Assembly: GCA_964016885.1 (NCBI GenBank)
Contig: OZ024760.1
Span: forward strand, 33,852,001 to 33,916,000
Length of the DNA: 64,000 nt
Direction of reading: 5' to 3'
DNA from: Eledone cirrhosa
Lineage: Eukaryota
Part shown: positions 31,361-48,665 of the stretch, piece after piece
Numbering within the stretch: position 1 is the stretch's first letter
How the letters are laid out: each line of letters begins with the position of its first letter
The notes under the pieces: generated by a model
What the model saw: the letters and a program-made list of their open reading frames with translations, nothing else
What the model was told of the DNA's origin: nothing
Databases searched by the model: none
Made by a program: the position numbers and the translations under genes

Positions 31361-31418
31361 TTTATTGGCTTACAATGTTTCTTCCTTACGTAACCGTAGG
31401 ATTCTTCAGAGCTATAAA
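31361..31418 (-). ncRNA. type I HHR in a solo pLTR
   Basis: tttatagct-CTGAAGA-a tcctacg gtta cgtaagga a-GAAA-cattGTA-agccaataaa. Confidence 0.75.
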
Positions 31419-32267
31419 AGGGGTTTGATTGGTGTTATGGACTCTACCAACCAAACATTCAAGAACAAAGAGTAAAGAGAGTAAAGAGCAAAAGCAGGGG
31501 ACAATAAGTCTAATTTAGGTGCGGGAGGGTGGGGTGTGGGTCCCTGTTTACTAGCTGTGGTCATATTCATTCCCGGGAGTCGAGTGGTTAGTGGAGCCAT
31601 AGATGGGGTGGCATTGATAGTAGGGTGCAGAGGGTGTGCAGAGGCTACACACACACAAAGGGCATATAATATACATATAACGGAGGAGAAGGTACATGAG
31701 GTAATTAGAAATGGAATAATAATAATAATAATTTATAGTTAATAATGTATAATAAGGCATAGGGAAGATTACACTATAATAAGGTATAAAAGTAAGAATA
31801 AAATAAAATATAAAGGAGGATAAAAATGAAAATAAGAATTAAAAAAATATATATATATATATAAAAATATATAGAGAATATATAAAAAATATAAGCAAGT
31901 ATCAGAAAGGGAAAAACACAATGTAAAAAAAAAGATTTTGTCAAATAAAAATATTATAAATATGGGGGAAGAAAACGGGTGAGAGAAATATAATCATAAT
32001 GTGATTAGTTGAGAGAATATAAGATGATAATAAGTGTGTCAAGTTTATACATCTTAATAATAAATAATATGTATATCAGAGTTACACATCTTTCAATGCA
32101 CTTGCAAGTCCAACCCATATGGTCCATCGCTCATCTGTGCGGTCGTGTGTGTTTGTGTTTGACCACACAACAGATCCACAAGTTTGTAAATTTCAATGCA
32201 GATAGAATTCTATTTGTGCTTACCCGGACATTGACGGAGGATCCAATATTCCCAGTTCATTGCTGAC

Positions 32268-33010
32268 GTCAGTACTATACGAACATGCTAGACAACAACA
32301 TGACGGTAACATAGACAACATAGAAATTAGAATAATATCTAAACATAGGAATGACCCAGCAGATAGGCAAATCAGAGAGGCCAGTTAAATAGAAATTAGA
32401 AGACCAAAGCTAAACAGAAAGAATGAGTGGAACAACAACAACACCCAAACAAACAACACTGACCTAAGAGAAGTATAAATAAGTAAATAAAATAAAATAA
32501 AATAAGATAAATAAATACATACACAAGCACAATAACAACAAGCACATAAACACACACTAGTCACCCAGCAGACACAACACTATACACACTACTCACACAG
32601 CACACATAACACTATACACACACGCAAACGCATGCGCAAAGAAGACAAAATAAAATAAGATAAACAAACAAGCAAATAAATAAATAAATATATAGACAGA
32701 CTGAATAAAAAATGGCGTAGACATACAACACAACAGGAGGAACAAAGAATATAACACCACTGACGATGTTGCAGATGTGCAACGAAAGATTTATGTAAAT
32801 TATGTAAACTATATATATATGTGTTTGTGTCTATATTGTATCTGTATTATTTTTGACCGTCGGTCAGTCAATGGCAACATTGAGGACCGAGTAAGTTAGA
32901 TCGCAGATATAAAAGACAGCGAGAAGCGAAAACCAACCAAACAGTGAGTGTGTTCTGTTATTAATCCTGGCAATATTACGCAAATATGACCCTCCCCAAG
33001 TATAACAATA
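32268..33010 (+). mobile_element. family-A PLE 3' fragment + pLTR
   Basis: Nearly identical to 5379-6105. Confidence 0.9.
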
Positions 33011-33019
33011 TATATATAA

Positions 33020-34690
33020 GTGGTTACACAACAGTTAGTTCACCATACCTAGAACAATTGTTTCACCTTAGCGGATCCTCAGCTCGTAATGGACATGGTT
33101 ATACGGAACAGGAAGGACAACCGTACGAACGCGCATGCACAGAAATGGTCACTTTCCTCAGGCAATACTAAATTGCGTGCGAGAGGTGTAAGGGAGATAA
33201 CTGCGAAAGTCCGAAAGTTTCTAGTTGATAAGAAAATTAGGATGTTGTTGTAATTCAATCCGGAGCTTTGTAGTTATGTAAGAGGTGTTTCCAGACGTGT
33301 GGACAACGTGTGAAGAATTCATTCCTTGAGTTTAGGCAATCGCTATTGCGTAATCTTTTTTAGAATATTTATTCGTTCATCAATACACAGTCCACACGAC
33401 GGATTTCACCTTGCGTATGGCTTGGACTTAGTGATGGCTTTCCATTGAATGGAATAGTTCATACTTGAGTCCTTGAGGGACCATACGTGGCTCGCGAGTT
33501 TCGTGAATGAACGTCTGTCCGGATACCTAAAGGTCGACTGGTGGTTCAGGATGCGTTCCTTAAATCGGCCCTCCGCCATACCCACATAGGATTTGACCTT
33601 CTGTGGTTGATTTGGTCGGTTGGAAGTGACCACAGCTTCATAAACTACAGCGGGTGTGTTGCATCACTGTTGAAGGGAACAAGCTTCGGGCTTACGACAA
33701 GAGCACCTTGGTGGGTGTTGCTCTTAGGGCTGTTGGTGATGTGAGCCTTCATGTTCTTAGCGCAGAAGTATCCTAGCTTTATTTTGTGTCGGTTAAAGAT
33801 GGAGCAGTATTTATCACCTCTGGGAAAGTGTCTATCTAAGAAGGCTAGAAATTGTTTGCCTACATTGGTTTTAACGTTGAGTGAGAAGGGATGAGAGAAC
33901 CAGATAGTTTGTCTATTGTTACGCTTTCTTTTCTTATTGCTGTTGTTGTTAGTGGGAGAGTAAGTGATAGATTGCGAGAAGCAACTGTTGGCTAACGCCG
34001 TGTTATAGTAGGGTGCCGCTCTGTCAAAGATAGCCTTATTAGAAGAGAGGTTTGAGATTCTAGTACTGATATTATTTACGAAGTTTCTAAAAACAGTAGG
34101 AGGGTGGCATCAGTCCTTGTGAATGTAATTGAGTTTTTCGTTAAGCTTATGGAAGGGTCCGTAGGTGTGTGTGCGAAGGTCTAAATTAATGTCTAAGAAA
34201 TCTACGCTAGAGAGGTTGGAGGCTACTGTTATCCTAAATCCTAACTCATTGAAGGTAGAAGCTAAGTCTTTTTTAAACCGGTCGAGGTCGTGACCCCTTT
34301 TATGGCTCGATAAGGTCAGTCCATCGTCGCGGTTTGTTCCCGTGTGGAAGTCCGTGAATCTAACACGTAATATGTCTAAAATAAATAGACCAACCAAGTC
34401 GCATACGTCAGCACTATCAAACGATCCCATGGTGACGGCGAACAGGTCTGAAGTTGTTGACTTCTTTGACCAGGCTACTCCGTTGTTGAAGAGGAGGGTT
34501 TTCCTACAGTGAACGATGATTTCCCTGTCTAAACCATGGACGGTAGTGTAAGTGGTAGCAAAGTCCAACGCTTTGTTTAACAGGGTCTCTGAGATCGACG
34601 GGTAAAAATCAACAATGTCAAACTGTGTAAACTTCGCCTTTTGGGATTTGAAGGAGTTAAACCACTTAAATACGGAGTCGCTGTTCTCCC
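33020..34690 (-). mobile_element. 5'-truncated Penelope-like element (Hydra-clade-like)
   Basis: QFDIVDFYPS, MGSFDSADV, NRDDGL, CSCRKPEAC, VVY...YVGMAEGRFKER and CGLC motifs, with stops and frameshifts. Confidence 0.88.
33043..33092 (-). ncRNA. type I HHR
   Basis: ccattacgag-CTGAGGA-t cc gctaa gg t-GAAA-caattgTT-ctaggtatgg, with palindromic stem III ACAATTGT. Confidence 0.7.
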
Positions 34691-34717
34691 ATATATATAT
34701 AGAGAGAGAGGGGGAGA

Positions 34718-34749
<32 letters not shown>

Positions 34750-35806
34750 AAGAGAGAGATACGTGTAAGTGTGTGTATATATATATATATATATAAAAGG
34801 AGACTTAAAGATCTCCTTGATGAGAGCTCCATACACCTATTCATGTACTCTCGTTACGTAGACGATATTAATATAGTAATAAGGACACCCCCACAAGAGA
34901 GTACTAACAAATATGATTTAGAATGTAGCACAATGGAAAGCATCCAGCAGATAGCTAATTCCATACACCAGAGTATAACTGTAACTATCGACTACCCTTC
35001 CAAACACCCTAACAGTAGACTACCTGTATTAGACCCGGAACTCTGGATTAACAGAGACAAGAGGGCCCAAATTCTCCACTCACACTATGCTAAACCCATG
35101 GCCTCCAAATACCTGATACTCAAAACCTCAGCAATGTCCAGTAGTGCTAAGTTTAATATTCTGATCGCAGACTTGGTACGAGTGATGAAGAACGTGTCCC
35201 GCATGTGCAACCCAACAGAAATGGAAAGACACATCCAACACTTCATCAACCGCATGTAGATCTCTGGCTACAACCAAAGAGACAGTATCGGAGTATACGA
35301 AGGAGCCACGGAGAAGTATAAGACCCTTATAGAACTGGACATGAAAGGAATTTGCCCATTATACAGGAGCAAATCATGGAATAGCTTAGATAGGACTAAA
35401 TATAAGATAGGGAAAGCCACCTCATGGTACGACAACCAGATATACCAGAGTGTCATGTTCGTGGACGCTACCCCTGGAGGTAAATTAGCTAACCAGTGTA
35501 GAAAGGCCCTGAAAAAGACCCACTTAAAGATTAAAGTGGTAGAAAAGCCAGGAACTACCATAAAATCCCTGATCAGCAAAACATACCCTTTTAAGAAAAC
35601 CCACTGTACTAATAGGAAATGTGTTATATGTAAAGTAAACCCCAGATAAACTGTAAAACTAGAAACGTAGTCTATAGCATAAGACGTACAGAGGGTACTT
35701 GCAGAAACATGACAACAACATACATAGACGAGACAGCTCGAAGCATAGGAGAAAGGATAGACCAACACTGGGGGAATTAAAAGGACGAAAAAACGGTTCA
35801 GTACTA

Positions 35807-38800
35807 CAGTGGTCGCCAACATGGGTTCCGCGGAACCTTGGGGTTCCGTAAAATAAACTCCGGGTTCCTTAAAAAAATAAATATTTACATTACCATTAAT
35901 ATTTTGGGTTTTCTGAATAAGTAGCAAAGAAAATGCCAAAGGTGCAATGTATAAATGAACAAGTACTATTGTAGTGTACACAGGTTCTCCACTCCAATTC
36001 GTGGAAAACACTACTTTCAGTTTCTCACTTGAATTACCAGAAAAACACTGTTCTGAGATTCGTGGAAATTGAATACTTTCAATTTCACACCAATTCTTGG
36101 AAAGACATAGTTTTCTGAATTCCGAGAATTTGACTACTACTGATAATACACTAATTGAACTTAGAAATTGACCAATCACGAACAAGTAAATGTTGGTCGA
36201 TGACAGCATAACTTTAAACTGAAAACTTCAGTTCAGCGAGGTCTCTCAGCCAAGAGGCAGGGTCAGTTCGCTGTTCTAACAACGTAAGTTCAGTAGAATG
36301 TTTTCAATAGAGAACACGTTTTAATCTGCTGCCCTCACAAAAGCTTTAAAGTCGTCTAAAGTTTCCTCACTGAGTGAACTCGCTTACTAGTCGTTTTCAA
36401 CATGCATCCAGTTCCACCGACAATTCTAAATAAGAACACGTTACATTCTGTTGTACTTTGCACAGAAAATATAACGCCTGTAAAGTTTTGACTACTAACA
36501 AAGGTAATTTTGTATTCCATGCATACAATATAAACTTTGCCACACAATTATGTATTCATTTGATGAAATATATTTACATTACCAATAATATTTAATACGA
36601 CCCTAAAGTAGTATATGCAGGAAGTGCTGGACTCTGAAAAAAATTTCTTCTAGTTGTTCATAAATTTGCACCTTTTTCAGTAACCCCTAATATTTTAATA
36701 TTATTATAAGACTTTAAATAATATGTTTGCCATCCTAAAATGGAGAAATTTCAATTTTTTAAAATTAAAATTTTTTTTTAACTAGTTAAGTTTTTCCAAA
36801 TATCTAAAATTAAAGTTAATTTAAGTACTTTTTGTAATTAAAAAAACTGTTAATTTCTCTTGTTTATTAATGTCATATTTAAAATGTTAACTGTAGAGAA
36901 ATAACATTGATATGATGTCTACTGCAAAGAAGCTGAAGTTAGATACCAGCAGTAAGGTTAGACAGTGGTGTGATGATTATGTTAGATATGGATTTCAAAA
37001 AGCTGACACTAAAAAAGATATACCAGATCAGCCCATGTGTTTGCTATGTTCAAAAGTTCTATCAAATAGCTGTTTAAATCCTGCAAAACTTAAAAGACAC
37101 ATTGATACTAATCACACCAATGATAAAAACAAGTCACTGGAATACTTTACTTCGCTGAAAAACAACATAAAAAAATCACAAGCTAATATGTATGACTTGT
37201 TTTGTAAAAAGTCAGATAGAAATAAAGCTTTAACAAGAACATCTTTTGAGATTTCACATTTGATTGGTAAAAACAAGAAACCATTTACATTAGGAGAACA
37301 GTTAATTCTGCCAAGTATAAAAATTGCTACAGAGAATCTTTTTGAAAGCTGCAGTATTAAGGACAAAGAAAAATTAAGCCAGTTACCATTGTCAGCAAAT
37401 ACCGTAAAAAGAGGGATAATTGATATTTCTTCTGATATAGAAAATCAGATACTAACTGCACTAAAGAAAAGCCCATGTTTTGGACTGCAAGTGGAAGAAA
37501 CTACGGATATTAATAACAAGGCTCAATTAATTTGCTATGTACGGTTTGTAGACCTTGATAAAAAAGAATTAGTAGAAGAGTATTTGTTTTGTCTGGCATT
37601 AGACATCACAACTAAAGGTCAAGATATATTCAATAAAATTGAAGAGTATTTTTTTTTAAAATGGTGTATCTTGGAGCAAGTTGACTTCAATAACAACAGA
37701 TGGAGCAGCTGCAATGACTGGTAAAAATTCTGGTTTGATTACAAAAATTAAAGAACAGACCCCAAATTGTATTTTAAATCATTGTATGATTCATCGAGAG
37801 GTTTTGTGTTAAAAAAATTCAAAGACAGAGATGCTCAAATATTAAATGACCAGCTGAAAGACATTGTCAAAATTATCAATTTGATCCATGCAAGAGCAAA
37901 AAATTCTAGAATGTTTAAATCTATTTGCGAATCTTCTGGAAGTAATTATAATAGATTGTTATTGAACAATGATGTGCGTTGGCTGTCTTTTGGGGATGCT
38001 ATGAAGAGAGTTTTTGAACTGAGAGAAGAAATAATAGTTTTTCTAAAAAAACAGAATGATGAAAGAGGAAGTGTATTAGAAACCAATGAATGGAATGTGC
38101 AACTCGCTTATTTAGTAGACATTTTTGGTGAACTGAACAAACTAAATAAGTGTCTTCGGGGTAACAATGCAGATATTTTTACTTCAATCAATTTTATTAC
38201 ATATTTTCAATCAAAATTAAACATCTTTATAAAACGATTGAATCGGACAATTACTTTCAAACCTTGAAATAGAGCTTAAAAAGAGAGAAAAATTTGACTC
38301 CAGCAATTCTTTCTCATTTAAATGTGCTTTCCACAGGTTTTTCAGATTATTTTGACTTGATGGAAAAAGATATAAAAAGCCCGTTCACCGAGATCGAGCA
38401 GTTAGTGTCAGAAAATGACGCTGGAAATTGTAAAAATTTACTACCTGCCCAATGCTTACATCAGTTGATGGATTTGAATTCAAACGAAGACCTGAAAGTG
38501 ATATTCGAAAGCAGAAAGAAAGAACTATGGATCGACTTATTCTTGATTGGGGAGTTTAATGAAATCAGCCAACTTGCATTGAAGTATTTGACTTTATTCC
38601 CATCTAGCTATTTGTGCAAAAAACGGTTTTCGCAGTTGGTGGAAATCTGCACAAAGAAGAGGAATAAACTGTCAGCAATTGACGAGTGTATGAGACTGGC
38701 ATTAACTAGTGTTGAACCTCGATTTTCTAAACTCACTGATGAGGCACAGCAGCAGAAAAACCATTGTGTTCGATTACATACACACGCATGAAACACTAAA

Positions 38801-38911
38801 ATAAATAAATACTTTATTATTTTTTTTGAAAAGTTTTGTATTGTATAGGTTCCGTGAAGAATTCAAAATATTTAGAGGGTTCCTCGGTTTTAGAAAGGTT
38901 GGCGACCACTG
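35807..38911 (+). mobile_element. hAT DNA transposon (Buster/Charlie type)
   Basis: 14-bp TIR CAGTGGTCGCCAAC/GTTGGCGACCACTG. The 8-bp TSD CAGTACTA (35799-35806, 38912-38919) has a central TA. Confidence 0.96.
36912..38791 (+). pseudogene. hAT transposase (ZBED5/SCAND3/FAM200-like), frameshifted
   Basis: BED finger CLLC...LKRH..H, then PLSANTVKR, EETTD, VRWLS, LAYLVDIF and FPSSYLC..RFS..KKRNKL. Confidence 0.92.
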
Positions 38912-39589
38912 CAGTACTATACGAACACGCCAGACAACAACATGACGGTAACATAGACAACATAGAAATTAAAATAATATCTAAACATAGAAATGACCGA
39001 GCAGATAGGCAAATCAGAGAGGCAAGCGAAATAGAGCTTAGAAAGCCAAAGCTAAAGAGAAAAAATAAATGGAATAACAACAACACCCAAACAAACAATA
39101 CTGACTTAAGAGAAATATAAATAAATAAATAAATATATACACAAGCACAATAACAACAAACACATCTAAACACACACTAGTAAACTAAGATAGAATACAA
39201 TAACCAAAACACAGTCACCCAAACGCGAGCACACACCAAACACTATACACACACGCAAACGCATGCGCAGAGAAGACAAAAATAAATAAATAAATAAATA
39301 AATAGATAAAATAAAAATGGCATAGACATACAATACAACAGGAGGAACATAATAGTACCACTGATCTGGTTGCAGATGTACAACGAAAGAACTTTGTTAG
39401 ACTATATATATGTGTTTATATCTATATTATATCTGTATTTTTGACCGTTGCTCAGTCAATGATAAACATTGAGGACCAAATGAATTAATTGATATAAAAG
39501 ATACAGAAGTGAAAACCAACCAAACAGTGAGTGTGTTCTGTTATTATTTCTGGCAATATTATTACAACAATATGACCCTCCCCAAGTAT

Positions 39590-41839
<2,250 letters not shown>

Positions 41840-41894
41840 TCTGTTTCGACACACGATTTCATATAAAAAACCTCGCAAAACTAATTCATCGCCG

Positions 41895-41997
<103 letters not shown>

Positions 41998-42029
41998 GAG
42001 AGATACGTCTAAGTGTATGTGTATTTGTA

Positions 42030-42671
42030 TATATAATAATATATATAAAGACAAAGTTTTCTGTATGTGTGAACAATGTTTAATGAGGGCTCATATATTC
42101 TAAACCATTCATGCAATTTCTTTGAAATTTTTTACAGAGCTTCTTCTTACACAAAACCTGTACATGATCTACAAAGGCTTTCAATAATCGATAGTGGGGC
42201 CTTTGGAGACATTAAAAAGGTTTAGGTTATTTGTGTCAATTTTCGTGATTAAGTAAGACAAGAGTTATCTTTCGTAATTCGGCTCATTCGGATTTTAATT
42301 TACTCTTTGTACTTGAAACAAAAAGTACGCTTCCTTGAGACTAACAATATCATTTTGTATATTTCACAACCACCAATTTCTAACAGATTACTAAGTTAAG
42401 TTATAGATTTGACATTGTATAATTTATCGTTTCAAGCTAGATGTTCATACATTAAGTGATGTCATAACTTTTACAATATTATGCTTTGTACATAATACCT
42501 AGACTGAATTTCTGTTGTTACATGGGATAACGGATGACACCGAGCTCACATATTAATTATTTCGCTGGAATAGTGGCTAAGGTTTTCATGTTTACATAAA
42601 GTACGTTTTTCTTCTATGTATTCAAATTTACTTCGTTTAGTTTCCGTCCAGAGGACGGGTAGTTTAGCTAG
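42030..42671 (+). mobile_element. non-autonomous Helitron
   Basis: 3' hairpin CCGTCC-AGA-GGACGG (42644-42658) then CTAG|T. The 5' end (tatataaagacaaag..ctgtatgtgtg) is approximate. Confidence 0.7.
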
Positions 42672-42712
42672 TATATATATATACACGTATATATATACAT
42701 CTCTCTCTCTCT

Positions 42713-42884
<172 letters not shown>

Positions 42885-43336
42885 ATGTATGTAAAAGGAA
42901 AAACAGAAATAACAACACAATCGGTACAGTATATGGAAGGCATATATTAGGTTAACGCTTGATATAGCAGGAAGAGGGTCTCAACATTTCGGACGCTAGT
43001 CCTTCATCATAAGAAAGAATGAGAAATAAGATAGATTGATGGGACGGGCGGGATGGAATTGGAAAAAATGTCTTTAGATAAAATAACAGGTCCATTCATG
43101 TTGACATCTCTTGCAAAACTGTTGGTGCTGGCGTTTTGTGTATGATATATGTATATAATGTTCTTACAAACCAAAATAAAATTTCAAGACATTTAATCAC
43201 TGACAATGGTTGTGTCGAAACACGTGTTAGAATTATTAATATATGAAATATTGAACATCAACTTCCCTGACTCCGTGATTTTTTCACAATCTATAACCCC
43301 TCTCTCTCTCTATATATATATACACTCACACACACA

Positions 43337-43371
<35 letters not shown>

Positions 43372-43529
43372 GCATATGCGTGTATGTATATGTTTATGTA
43401 TGTATGTGTATATATATGTATATAATTATGTATATTTTTATGTATTTATAGATATACATATATATGCACATATATATATATACACACACACACACATATA
43501 TATATACATATACACATACACAAACGCAC

Positions 43530-43649
<120 letters not shown>

Positions 43650-43929
43650 AAATAAGAGAGTGAGTTATTAAGAAGGTAACGACACCAGAAGACATTCTTC
43701 TAGTGTTGACATTTCACAGATGTCACAGTTTGTGTTGATATAGTTGAGGAAATTGTCCAACACTCAGATGTTTATTGTGTGGTAAGGAGCTAGAGTGGTT
43801 GTCTTAAAGGACACAGGGGGGGGGGGGCACTTCACATTCACTGTACAGGTGAACCGGGGACGGGGATTCTTCAGTGGCAAAAGACTAAAGTCATTTTGAG
43901 AGCTCTTGAGAGGATTTTAGAATTTATGC

Positions 43930-44760
<831 letters not shown>

Positions 44761-44923
44761 CAAAGACCTCACCCAAACACTTGTAATATATATTTCTGTG
44801 TATATATGTGTATTTTCAGAGAGATCACGTGGCACCAGAGAACATCTGGTCTGGAGAAGATCTGGAAGAGACGCCTCTCAACTATTGTGAAATGGTGTTT
44901 AGTTGAGTTATAAATGTTGATCA

Positions 44924-45150
44924 TATAAAGAGGAGAACATTGTTTCTTGATTGGAATATTTAGTTTGCCGTCTGCTGTACAGGTAAACACCTGTATATTC
45001 TGCCGTCAGGTAAAAACCTATAGTCTGCTGTACAGGTAAACACCTGTATATTCTGCCGTCAGATAAACACCTATACAGTCTGCCGTCAGGTAACCACCTA
45101 TACAATTTGCCGTACAGGTAAAAGCCCATACAGCCTGCAATACAGGTAAG
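44924..45150 (+). promoter_or_regulatory. putative promoter and non-coding first exon made of ~27-bp repeats
   Basis: TATAAAG at 44924, Inr-like TTAGT at ~44960, and repeated CAG|GTAA donors. Confidence 0.5.
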
Positions 45151-45404
45151 CACTAATATAGATATTTCTGTGGTTATTCCTTTTTATTTTCATAATTGTT
45201 AACATCCTGTAATTAATTTAGCAGAAAATATCAAAATCTAGTTTGTTAATTTAAATATTTTTAGTATCTTTACTAATTAACAGATCCTGTTTCCTTGTTA
45301 AATGTGTATTTCTTATTCCACAATGCTTCAAGCAAACTACAACCCTTTGAAATTAATATGTTTATTACTTTAGACAGAGACCAATATGAAATAAGTCCTC
45401 AAAA

Positions 45405-45665
45405 GTCAGTCTCACGCCCAGAGCCTTATCAGGTTGGTGTTTATCTCAGTCTCTGTGGTGTTAAGCGACTGAGAGTACAAGACGCTGACCTGGACAAGAC
45501 ACCAGTCCATAGCAGAGTTAAACCCCCAGCTATTACTGGTACTCATTTTCAGCTGAGTATGCTGGAGCTAGGTGAAATGAAGTGTTTTGTTGAAAAACAC
45601 AACACAGAACCCAGTCCAGGATTCAAACCCACGACATCATGATCGTAAATCCAACACACCTCCAC
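45405..45665 (-). mobile_element. degenerate tRNA-derived SINE
   Basis: Minus-strand B box GGTTTGAATCCTG, followed by a TTCACC..GCTCCAG...AAAATGAGTACCAG core. Confidence 0.65.
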
Positions 45666-45907
45666 AAAGTTGCTGGTATTACAGTAAAAATCTTGACTAT
45701 TTAATGTGATGTAGTCTAAATGCTATGTAAAGTTGTTAATTAACTCTTAAAATCCTGTAAGGATTTAGCAGAAAATATGTAAACAGTAGTTTGTTACTTC
45801 AAATGTTTTAGTACCATTGCTAATCTCAAACGATTATATATATATATTTATATATACATACACATTAAGTTATAAATATAAGACTTGAAATGTCATATTG
45901 ATGTTTA

Positions 45908-46033
<126 letters not shown>

Positions 46034-46080
46034 ATAAATTACCTTCTGTTCCAGTTCGACGATTCAGAGTTCGAGGTGCA

Positions 46081-46677
46081 ATGAAGCGTTTCATTTCGTT
46101 GATATGCCTTGTGTTCCTGGCGGTGTTCTGGAGGGGTGGCGTGGCTGATGTTGGCCACGGAGGTGGCGGACACTACGACAACGCCATCACAGACGCCCAT
46201 CACATTGAACGAGGCGAAGAAGGCAGACACAGCGTCCACGCTTTAGACGCGCACACACACGCCGAACAACACAAGAAGGAACACGACTTCGAGGACGACT
46301 ATGGCAACAGAGATCACGTGATGGACAGTTCCGGGAGAAAAGCGGGACTTCTGAAAGCTTTTGATGCCCATTCGGCTTATGGGAGACATTTAGTAAAGGA
46401 CAAATATTTTGGAGAACAAGACCATGGGTCACACTACGGTGGAGCATTCAAAGGAGAGCATGGTGGTGTTGGCGGACTTGGCCACGGTCATGAGTATGGT
46501 CCGGATTTCAGATTTGGACCAGGGCATGGTTTAGGACACCATAGCTTTGGAGATAGAATGTACGGACATGGTGACGGTTTTGGTCATTCAGGGTTCGGTG
46601 GTGCTGGTAGTAATGGCTTAGGCCACACAGTTTTTGGTCGTGTGCTTTTGGGACATGAACCATATGGTCATTATTAA
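46081..46677 (+). CDS. secreted histidine/glycine-rich protein (198 aa)
   Basis: Signal peptide MKRFISLICLVFLAVFWRGGVA, ~26 His, and a Gly-rich C-terminal half with GHG motifs. A splice acceptor ccttctgttccag ends at 46054. The frame is intact and of non-repeat composition. Confidence 0.85.
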   Translation: MKRFISLICLVFLAVFWRGGVADVGHGGGGHYDNAITDAHHIERGEEGRHSVHALDAHTHAEQHKKEHDFEDDYGNRDHVMDSSGRKAGLLKAFDAHSAYGRHLVKDKYFGEQDHGSHYGGAFKGEHGGVGGLGHGHEYGPDFRFGPGHGLGHHSFGDRMYGHGDGFGHSGFGGAGSNGLGHTVFGRVLLGHEPYGHY

Positions 46678-46964
46678 AGTTATATTTGAATCTTATTTTT
46701 TTAACCTTTTTTTTCTGTGGTCTCCACCTCTCTCTCTCTCTCTTTGCGGGTGCGTATGTATGAATGTACGGCTACTTGTATGAGTGTGTGTGAGTGTACG
46801 CGCTTGTCTGTATATGTACGTGATTCTAAGTAAATATGTGTTTGTGTGGCGCATCTACGTGTGTGTGTGTGTGTATACGATGTTATATATCTCAATTTTG
46901 CTTCTATATTGCTGAAAATTTCGATAACGTCACATCTTCAAGGAAACGTTATGTAAAGGCATTG

Positions 46965-47142
46965 CAGACCTGTCGACGGGGAGATCTCTCAACCACTTTG
47001 GGGTGGGTGAGAGATGTCTACTCTTGTAAAAATGGGTACAGTTTTCATTATGTAAAATCTCCCCATTTTGCCTCATTTCTCCCCGTTTGGGGGCACTTTT
47101 CATGGTACTCCTCCGTTTGAATTTTCAGAGGTTGGTAGGTCT
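46965..47142. mobile_element. MITE with CAGACCT..CAAC-type TIRs
   Basis: cagacctgtcgac...gttggtaggtctg. A related inverted fragment lies at 29185-29280. No clear TSD. Confidence 0.55.
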
Positions 47143-47597
47143 GAATTGTGACGTTGTTTCCTCCAATTTCTTCACTTTAATCCCAGCCAGAACAAAACAA
47201 TAATAAACCAAAGATATTGTACACCCACCCACCCCCACCCCCCGCCTTAACGCTGCAAAAGATATTGGGAACATTTACAGAATAAATAATTCACTTAATT
47301 ATGCAAATTTGTCAGCATTTTGGAAAAAAACAAAAACAAAAAAAAATGTTTTCCACGAAAATAAAGAAATGTAAAAATATTATTTTTTGTTTTCGATTTT
47401 ATATTTGTGTGTTTATTATTTTTCCGGATTTTATGGCAGTCATTCCAGATTAAGAGAGTCATTGGAGCGTCGGACAAACTTTTGCTACGTGATTAGATTT
47501 AATTACGGCCCTTTCCATTCTAAATTCAAATCCTGCAAAGATCAACTTTGCCTTGCCTTTCATCCTTCCGGTGTCGATATATATATAAATATATTAC

Positions 47598-47698
<101 letters not shown>

Positions 47699-48296
47699 TG
47701 AAAATAGACCGAGAAACATGAATGTCCATCATCAGTAGTCTGCTGATTATCATTGGTATTTCTTCGCATTAAAGACTAGATATCTAAAATCAGTGCGAGC
47801 GATAACTAAATTAAGTTATCGGGACAGAGGAAAGTAAAGAAACAAGATGGTAGTAATGCAACGTAAAGAGAGGAAAAGAGAGACAAGTCAATGAATGTTG
47901 TGGACTTAAGTCCGAACACATCAAATGACGAGAAGAGGCAGACACGTCCGAGCCACGCGAAAAGTGAGAGAGGAAATAATTTCACACAGGTCAGACGGGA
48001 GGAAGTGAGAGAGGGGGAGTAGCAGAGAGTGAGTGAGTGAAAGTGTGAGGAGGAGGCCAGCCGGTAGTGTATGACCAGCAGCGGGGGTGAAAGAAAGAAA
48101 GAGGTAAAGGAGAGAGAAGGGGGAGAGAGAAAGAGGATAGCAGTAAGGTGGCAGAAAAAATACGAACCACAGCGAGGTGAAAAAATATATGTGAATGAAA
48201 AATGGCGTGCTGCGTTGTTGCTAATATGATCATATGAATTAGAAAACATGAAAATTAGAATTGGTACTCTGAAATAGAGATATATATATGAATGTA

Positions 48297-48665
48297 TATA
48301 TAGTGTATTTTGCAATACACTGTATGCTTAATTAAAAGCATTTTGAAGAACTTACGCTATTGTTTTAAAGTAGTGACTATGTCACTTACTTCTTTTTTCA
48401 GCAACCAAAGGGAGATAAGCTGACAGATTGGTACTCTTCAGAGCTTATCACTCCCTCTGTTTGCTGAAAATTATGAATGCTGGATTCTTATAGAACGGGA
48501 GTGGTAAGCTCTGAAGAGTACCAACAGTACGAAACAAAGATCTCTCAGCTTATCTCCCTTTGTTTACTGAAAAAAGAAGTAAGTGACATTGCCACTACTT
48601 TAAAACAATAGCGTAAGGTCTTCAAAATGCTTTTAATTAAGCATACAGTGTATTGCAAAATACAC

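Noticed and set aside
35268-36209. 313-aa minus-strand ORF
   Set aside because: It is a chance antisense frame crossing the hAT/PLE junction.
44965-45152. CRISPR-like array
   Set aside because: The units are contiguous tandem repeats with no unique spacers, in a eukaryotic context with no cas genes.
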